Shown piece after piece: positions 58,931 to 64,000 of a stretch of DNA of 64,000 bases; within the stretch, counting starts at the first letter, position 1, and each line of letters begins with the position of its first letter. Under the pieces are notes generated by a model. The model saw only the letters and a list, made by a program, of their open reading frames with translations. It was not told the DNA's origin and ran no database searches. The stretch is taken from NCBI GenBank assembly GCA_020073705.1, contig JAIQES010000010.1:20166-84165 (forward strand). The letters run 5' to 3'. This DNA is from Terriglobia bacterium (GTDB lineage Bacteria; Acidobacteriota; Terriglobia; Acidiferrales; UBA7541). Made by a program: the position numbers and the translations under genes.

Positions 58931-60178
58931 CTAATCGCTGCTGTTAGCGTGGCTAATCTCGGACGCCGACTGGAGCTGGACCTTGATCCAAGGGATCACA
59001 ATTTCTTCAGATATTCTGGAATTCGGCCATTCTTCCGAACGTCCGGTGTGTCCGCCTTCCGGATTGACCCAGGCCAGCTTGGGCGACCCGCCCGATTGCA
59101 GCAGCAGGTAGAGGTCGGAGATCGGGTTCTGGGTGTCCTTTTCCCCGTTGACAAGCAGCATCGGCACCGAGGGCCGGCCAAGGAACCCTTGCTGCTTCAA
59201 AGACAAACGCGGTCCATAAGCGAGAAATTCGTCCAGAGTCTTGACGCCGTATACCGCGGAGCGCGCGGCAAACAGGTCGAACAAATATTCGGGCGTGCCG
59301 AGCGACTTCTCCTGCCATTCCCGGGTGAAGAAAACATCCACCGGGCTCCCCTGCACCACTGTGCCGAGAAGACGGGCCCGTTCGATGTAGGCGAGATGCG
59401 CCGCCCAATGGCCGCCCCAACTTACGCCCCAAGCTACGACGCGCTTGGCGTCCACGTCCGGGCGGGTACCGAGGAAGTCGAGCACGCGCGAGAACATCCG
59501 CTCCGCACCTACATCGGCCTTGATCGGCGCCTCGCCGGTACCAGGCATATCTACCGCGACCAGGCCGATCCCACTCCGAAGCAAGGATGCATCTCCTTGA
59601 ATGAGATCCTCCTTGCGCGAGTCGACTCCATTGATCAGCAGGACGACCGGCACCGGCCGAGTGCTCTTCGGCAGCCGCAGATACCCCACCATTTCTTTGC
59701 CCTCGAAGGGAATTCGCACGACTTCGAGCGGCGGATCGAGAAAGCGCGCATAGTTGCGGAAGGCGGCGAGAGCGTTCTGGTAAGCCTTCTCTTTGCCGGC
59801 TGAGTTCGGCACCGGCCAGCGAGCGACAGTGTAGTAGCGAAACGCAAGCTGGTAATCCGCTTGCGCCGCTTTGTTGTCGCTGCTTGCCTCCTCGCTCTTG
59901 GCGCGCTTCGCATATCGCTCGCCGATCGCGCTCCACGCCGCAGCCCACTCGTCGCGGTCCAAGCTGTGGATGTTCGCGAGCGCCTCGCGGGCATCCTCAG
60001 ATTTGAGGCCCCCAACCGGGCTCAGATTCTTGTCGACGCGTCTTTGCGTCTCCACCTTGAGTTCTTCGATCGTGCGGGTCGGTGCCATCTGGGCAATCCC
60101 CGGCAACGCTGCAAACAGTACGACGATCATGCCGAGCAAGATTTGTTGCCTGCGGGATACGCCATCACGGACGAACAT
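58931..60178 (-). CDS. alpha/beta hydrolase (FrsA/esterase-like) with signal peptide
   Basis: 415 aa with nucleophile elbow GVSWGG, a helical N-terminal cap region, and the C-terminal LVNGEKD / EGGH pattern. Confidence 0.75.
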   Translation of the reverse strand: MFVRDGVSRRQQILLGMIVVLFAALPGIAQMAPTRTIEELKVETQRRVDKNLSPVGGLKSEDAREALANIHSLDRDEWAAAWSAIGERYAKRAKSEEASSDNKAAQADYQLAFRYYTVARWPVPNSAGKEKAYQNALAAFRNYARFLDPPLEVVRIPFEGKEMVGYLRLPKSTRPVPVVLLINGVDSRKEDLIQGDASLLRSGIGLVAVDMPGTGEAPIKADVGAERMFSRVLDFLGTRPDVDAKRVVAWGVSWGGHWAAHLAYIERARLLGTVVQGSPVDVFFTREWQEKSLGTPEYLFDLFAARSAVYGVKTLDEFLAYGPRLSLKQQGFLGRPSVPMLLVNGEKDTQNPISDLYLLLQSGGSPKLAWVNPEGGHTGRSEEWPNSRISEEIVIPWIKVQLQSASEISHANSSD

Positions 60179-60465
60179 AGTGCCTCTCCTTCTTCTCTCT
60201 CGAGGCTAGCCAGAATCCACGATCTTGGTGAAGCCGGGCCTCATGTCGAATTTGGGCACAAGCCAAGCCTATGGCTGCGCTCTGCCATTCAAATTCGCGA
60301 AGCCGGATCGACAACATGCCCTCGCACCGGAGAGCATAATCCACCGGCGCCCGGATTCCAACGATTTCGGGAGAGAGAGCCCGCTTGTCCGGCTTTGGTG
60401 CACGGCATAGGGGGCGGGCACGGAAAACACGACGCGGGCCCTCGCGACTGTTCTGCAGTGGCTCG

Positions 60466-61512
60466 CTACTGCCCGACGACGAGGACCGAAAACGTGCCGG
60501 GAATCGTGGGCGCTCGCGGGTTTGGGTTCGCGGGCGTTGGGTTGGGGCGCGGACCGACATCCGCGACAGGCAGGTACACCCTGCCGGTCTTATGGTCGAG
60601 GGCCATGGTCCGGGCTCTCGGTAATGTCTTCACGTTTTCGACGAGCGTATATTTGTCCGGGCTTTCCTGGTGAAAGATTGAGAGAGCGCCATCGCCGCCC
60701 CCGGTTGAGACATAGATCAATCCTGTCTTGGGGTCGAATTCCAACGCATCCACGCCCATGCCGATCGGCTGGGTGGCAACAATTTTTCCGGTCGCGCCGT
60801 CCACGACCGCCAAGAGGCCGCTCCTGCAGCCGATGAAAACGCGGTTATGAGCGCGGTCCATATCCATGCTGCTGGGCTGGCCGCAAGGGGGCGCCAGCGT
60901 CCAGGTTTCCATCACTTTCAGCCCTTGTGCATCGAGCTTGTGGAGCTTCCCGACATCCTGCATGTTCAAAAAGACGTGGCCAGCCTCATCGGAGGCCAAA
61001 TGCTCCGTTCTGCCCCCAAGATTTTCGATCGTGCCGGCGATCTTGCCGGTCTTGGCATCGATTGCGGTAACGCGTTTGCTGCCGCGATCGGCACTGAAAA
61101 CGCGCTGGGTCTTAGGGTCGTAGATAATCCCGTTCGGGTCGTCTCCCACCCTCGCTTTGCCGAGCACGGAGAGGGTTTTGAGATCGAACATAATGATCGA
61201 GCCGGGGTCGGTGGCGCTGATGAACCCATGTCCAAATTCCCGGGCGACGGCGACGCCGTGCACGTCCTTCTGACCGGTAATCTTTCCGACGATGGCGCCG
61301 GAATCGAGATCGAGCACAACCACTTGCGTGCCGTTCGGAACATATAACCGGCGGCCTTCGGTGTCGGCCGTAATGTAGTCCCAGTCGGAATCGCCGGGGA
61401 TGGGAATCCGCTTGATCACATGATACCCATCCGCTGCCGCCAGCGTGGACGCGAGTGCTGCGAACAACGCCAGCCGGCGGACCGTCAGCCCGAGGGTCTT
61501 TGGGGTCCTCAT
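60466..61512 (-). CDS. YncE/YVTN-type beta-propeller repeat protein, secreted
   Basis: 348 aa with signal peptide LALFAALASTLAAA and repeated blades (RLYVPNGTQVVVLD, HGVAVAREFGHGFISA, RVFSADRGSKRVTAID, RVFIGCRSGLLAVVD, LIYVSTGGGDGALSIF). Confidence 0.75.
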   Translation of the reverse strand: MRTPKTLGLTVRRLALFAALASTLAAADGYHVIKRIPIPGDSDWDYITADTEGRRLYVPNGTQVVVLDLDSGAIVGKITGQKDVHGVAVAREFGHGFISATDPGSIIMFDLKTLSVLGKARVGDDPNGIIYDPKTQRVFSADRGSKRVTAIDAKTGKIAGTIENLGGRTEHLASDEAGHVFLNMQDVGKLHKLDAQGLKVMETWTLAPPCGQPSSMDMDRAHNRVFIGCRSGLLAVVDGATGKIVATQPIGMGVDALEFDPKTGLIYVSTGGGDGALSIFHQESPDKYTLVENVKTLPRARTMALDHKTGRVYLPVADVGPRPNPTPANPNPRAPTIPGTFSVLVVGQ

Positions 61513-61889
61513 AGGTCTTGATCCTCCGTTACATCTTCACGCTTGGGGTAAGTTGCTCCGCCAATCGGAATCTCAATCTTCGATTTCCGGCCGAGCGGGA
61601 TTATACGTCCGGCCGCCTCCGCATTCAATTCTCCAGGTCTTTCGACCGGTGGAATGTCACGATGAAAGCCGAAGCCTAGAATTCTCGAGGACCCGAGCCA
61701 ATGGCGGTGAACCCGTTCACCGGCAACACATTTTGCCCAAAACTAGTTCTCTGTCGTCAACGAATTCAATGAAGTACGATTCATCCAACACGATACTGAT
61801 TTAGTCCTCCACTTCAGTCTCCAAGCTTTCTACTTTTCTTCCAGCGGTGACTTCGTTTATTGTTGGGTGTTCGAACTGAGAGGTGAGCC

Positions 61890-62240
61890 ATGGCCGTTCG
61901 CATCTGTCCGCACTGCAAGACCGAAATTACCGCTGCAAACGTCGCTGCGTACTCCGATCGTGTCGAGTGTCCCCAGTGTAAGACGCGGCTCGAGGTCGCA
62001 CCGGGCGCACGGACACTCTCCTCGTTTTTCGGCCTTGCCGCTGCGGCGATTGCGTGGCGGCTCTCGAGCAATTCCGGCGGAAACCTCAGCGGCGTCCTGC
62101 CGACGCTGTATGCGTTTCTCGCTTTCGGCATCGTGTCGCCGCTTGTTCTGATGTTCACGGCGAGTCTGCGCAACGCCTCTGCTCTCCCGGTCCCTGAACC
62201 CGTTCCTGTTGCGGGCGGTCACGGCGGCGCACATCACTAG
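61890..62240 (+). CDS. zinc-ribbon membrane protein, hypothetical
   Basis: 116 aa. CPHCKT...(17 aa)...CPQCKT is followed by two hydrophobic helices. Confidence 0.5.
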   Translation: MAVRICPHCKTEITAANVAAYSDRVECPQCKTRLEVAPGARTLSSFFGLAAAAIAWRLSSNSGGNLSGVLPTLYAFLAFGIVSPLVLMFTASLRNASALPVPEPVPVAGGHGGAHH

Positions 62241-62496
62241 AAATCATCTGGCTCTGTTGACATCCTCCCCGGTCTTGATTTTTGTGCTGGCGCCGGCTAT
62301 CCAGTGCTGTAGCTTGCCTCTTCAGAGGCGAGGCTTTTCTGCAAATCGCCAGAAACCTCCCCATGTCTGAAGCTCGAACTGGCCTGCAACATTCACCGCC
62401 TATGGCCATTGCCAGAGGTGGAAGCGGATGCCTACAGAACCAGATGGTTTATATGTTGCCGCAAAAGTCTTGATAAGATAGGCGTGCAGTAACGGT

Positions 62497-62619
62497 GCCC
62501 GGGTGGCGGAATGGCATACGCGGGGGACTCAAAATTTCACCAGGGCTCCTGACCCCGGAAACTAACGTGTAAAGTTCCCCTGGCTGCTTTATGATACGTA
62601 GCTGCAGATAACCGGCCAC
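62497..62619 (+). pseudogene. decayed tRNA-Leu-like copy (intact 5' half, no T arm)
   Basis: GCCCGGGTGGCGGAATGGCATACGCGGGGGACTCAAAA (62497..62534) parallels the first 34 nt of the downstream tRNA-Leu, with an identical D arm. TCCCC, which could close the anticodon stem, occurs only after a 41-nt insert (62535..62575). The remaining 39 nt lack a TTCNA T-loop and match the acceptor complement in only 5 of 7 positions. Confidence 0.45.
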
Positions 62620-62926
62620 GCGGGCGTGGCGGAATGGCATACGCAGCGGACTTAACACACCTTGAGTGCTCGCCGGGAAACCGGCGATGCAGAACTGCTC
62701 AAATTCGGGGAAACCTTAACTGGCGATCCCGAGCCAAGCCTGAAGCAATGTTTCAGGAAGGTGTAGAGACTAGACGGGCAGCGCCTAACCTCCAGTGTTG
62801 CGGAGTAAGGTGAAGGGATAGTCCAGACCGCAAACCTGCGATGTCAGGGCGGCGAAAGCCGTAGACGGTAAGAAAATCCGCAGGGCTGCAAGGCCCGTGT
62901 GGGTTCAACTCCCACCGCCCGCACCA
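62620..62926 (+). tRNA. tRNA-Leu (anticodon UAA) interrupted by a group I intron; CCA encoded
   Basis: The exons are 62620..62653 and 62873..62926, together 88 nt. Acceptor stem GCGGGCG/CGCCCGC, anticodon stem GCGGA/TCCGC, loop CTT|AAAA, long variable arm AGGGCTGCAAGGCCCGT, T arm GTGGG-TTCAACT-CCCAC. Confidence 0.85.
62654..62872 (+). ncRNA. group I (IC3-like) self-splicing intron, 219 nt, no ORF
   Basis: P1 pairs ACUU|AA with UUGAGU (62662..62667), placing a U.G wobble at the 5' splice site. P2 is TCGCCGG-GAAA-CCGGCGA (62670..62687). Core strings are CTCAAATTCGGGGAAACC (62698..62715), CCCGAGCCAAGCC (62728..62740) and GAAGGTGTAGAGACTAGACGG (62757..62777). The terminal G is at 62872. Confidence 0.8.
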
Positions 62927-63233
62927 CCATTCTTGTCAATTCGGGCTTCGCGTGTGAAAACCACGCTGCGGTAACGTCTTTCGAAGTGTTTAGCTTGAGG
63001 CGAGAAAAATGAAAACCGGAACCAAGTTCGTAACGTTCGGTATTCCCGATGATGACCAGCTTCTATCTGCTCTTGGAGCAGTAACCATCCGCCACGGACA
63101 ACTCAATCACATTTTGCGGATGACCATAAAGACTCTTGCACCGAGCTTGCGATCGGCCCGCAGAAATTACAGAGAAGCCCTAATGGCCGGACAGCCGTAC
63201 CAATATCCTAAATTGTTTGCAATTCGCGCCGAG

Positions 63234-64000
63234 TCACTTCACCCATACGGTCTTTATGTTCGTAAATTCGCGGATCCCATAGCTGCTCAATTCCCGGCCA
63301 TGTCCGGACCGCTTCACCCCGCCGAACGGAACCCGGGGATCGGAAGCCACCATTTGATTAATGAAGACCATGCCCGCTTCGAGCTCATTGATGAAGCGTT
63401 CTTGCTCGCTCTTATCGTTCGTCCATGCGCTCGCTCCGAGTCCAAACCGGCTGTCATTGGCGATTCGAATCGCCTCATCCACATTCTTCACCCGGAAAAT
63501 CGACGCTACCGGACCAAACAGTTCTTCACGATAAGCCGGAGAATCTTTCGGAATATTCGTCAAAACCGTGGGCATGTAGAAATTTCCGGCGCGCTCGACG
63601 GGCTTGCCGCCCGTCAAAAGCCGCGCGCCTGCTTCGATTGTCTTGCGAACATCGGCATGCAGGGAGGTAACGGCGCCGGCTGTGGCTAGCGGGCCCACAT
63701 CGGTCTTTTCATCGAAGGGATCGCCGAGAATCAGGCTTTCCATCCGGCTGACGAAAGCGCGTTCAAACCTGTCTGCAATTTGATCGGCAACGATAAAGCG
63801 CTTGGCCGCAATGCAGGATTGTCCGTTGTTGCCCACACGGGCCTTGACGCCGGTTGTGACGGCCTCATCCAGATTTGCGCTGGGCATGACAATAAAAGGA
63901 TCGCTGCCGCCGAGTTCGAGAACGACCTTCTTGACTCTCTTGGCAGCCCCCAATCCAACCGCTATTCCGGCGTCTTCGCTGCCTGTCAGAGTGGCCGCCG
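63234..64000 (-). CDS. NAD(P)-dependent aldehyde dehydrogenase (succinate-semialdehyde dehydrogenase-like), C-terminal part; 5' end outside window
   Basis: The reading frame continues to the window edge (..AATLTGSEDAGIAVGLGAAKRVKKVVLELGGSDPFIV..). Catalytic motifs are ELGG and NNGQSCIAAKR, followed by EELFGPV and PFGGVKRSG. Confidence 0.9.
   Translation of the reverse strand, partial: AATLTGSEDAGIAVGLGAAKRVKKVVLELGGSDPFIVMPSANLDEAVTTGVKARVGNNGQSCIAAKRFIVADQIADRFERAFVSRMESLILGDPFDEKTDVGPLATAGAVTSLHADVRKTIEAGARLLTGGKPVERAGNFYMPTVLTNIPKDSPAYREELFGPVASIFRVKNVDEAIRIANDSRFGLGASAWTNDKSEQERFINELEAGMVFINQMVASDPRVPFGGVKRSGHGRELSSYGIREFTNIKTVWVK

Noticed and set aside
62497-62619. Possibility that the upstream tRNA-Leu-like segment is a functional tRNA-Leu(CAA), perhaps with a mini-intron.
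   Set aside because: A cloverleaf needs a weak anticodon stem (G.A, G-C, G.U, G.U, A-U) or removal of 41 nt. Even then there is no T-loop, and only 5 of 7 acceptor pairs form. It is kept as a pseudogene or leader candidate only.
1-64000. CRISPR arrays, rRNA genes, transposases, integrases and prophage genes.
   Set aside because: No regularly spaced repeats, rRNA-like sequence or mobility-gene translations were seen on either strand.

Overview
GC-rich bacterial chromosomal window. Gene content and protein style suggest Acidobacteriota, but that is inference only. All family calls come from reading the translations and motifs, since no database search was possible. About 55 protein genes are supported, and most are core metabolism and regulation. 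They include a compact arginine operon (argR-argC-argB-argD-argF-argG-argH-GNAT-argJ), thiI, and a sigma-54 two-component pair next to a nine-heme cytochrome c. Also present are an ArnT-like glycosyltransferase, mntR-mntH, a SorAB-type sulfite dehydrogenase and a full Pho cluster (phoB-phoR-phoU'-pstSCAB-phoU with a Pho box). The remainder covers citrate synthase, GGDEF and hybrid-kinase signalling genes, an acyl-CoA ligase/AbfD-like cluster, tRNA-Ala and tRNA-Leu. No transposase, integrase, CRISPR array or rRNA was seen. The strongest finding is a tRNA-Leu(UAA) gene interrupted at U34/A35 by a 219-nt ORF-less group I (IC3-like) intron, preceded by a decayed tRNA-Leu-like copy. Other points of interest: a bacterial ORF resembling eukaryotic/archaeal ribosomal protein L13e; an AT-richer GIY-YIG nuclease-like gene 3 nt downstream of thiI; an AbfD-family protein with no C-X3-C Fe-S motif; two decayed genes (an SDR with two amber codons inside CTAGATCTAG, and a kinase/receiver remnant); and local direct repeats flanking an O-methyltransferase near tRNA-Ala. 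I did not find a clear multi-gene novel system.
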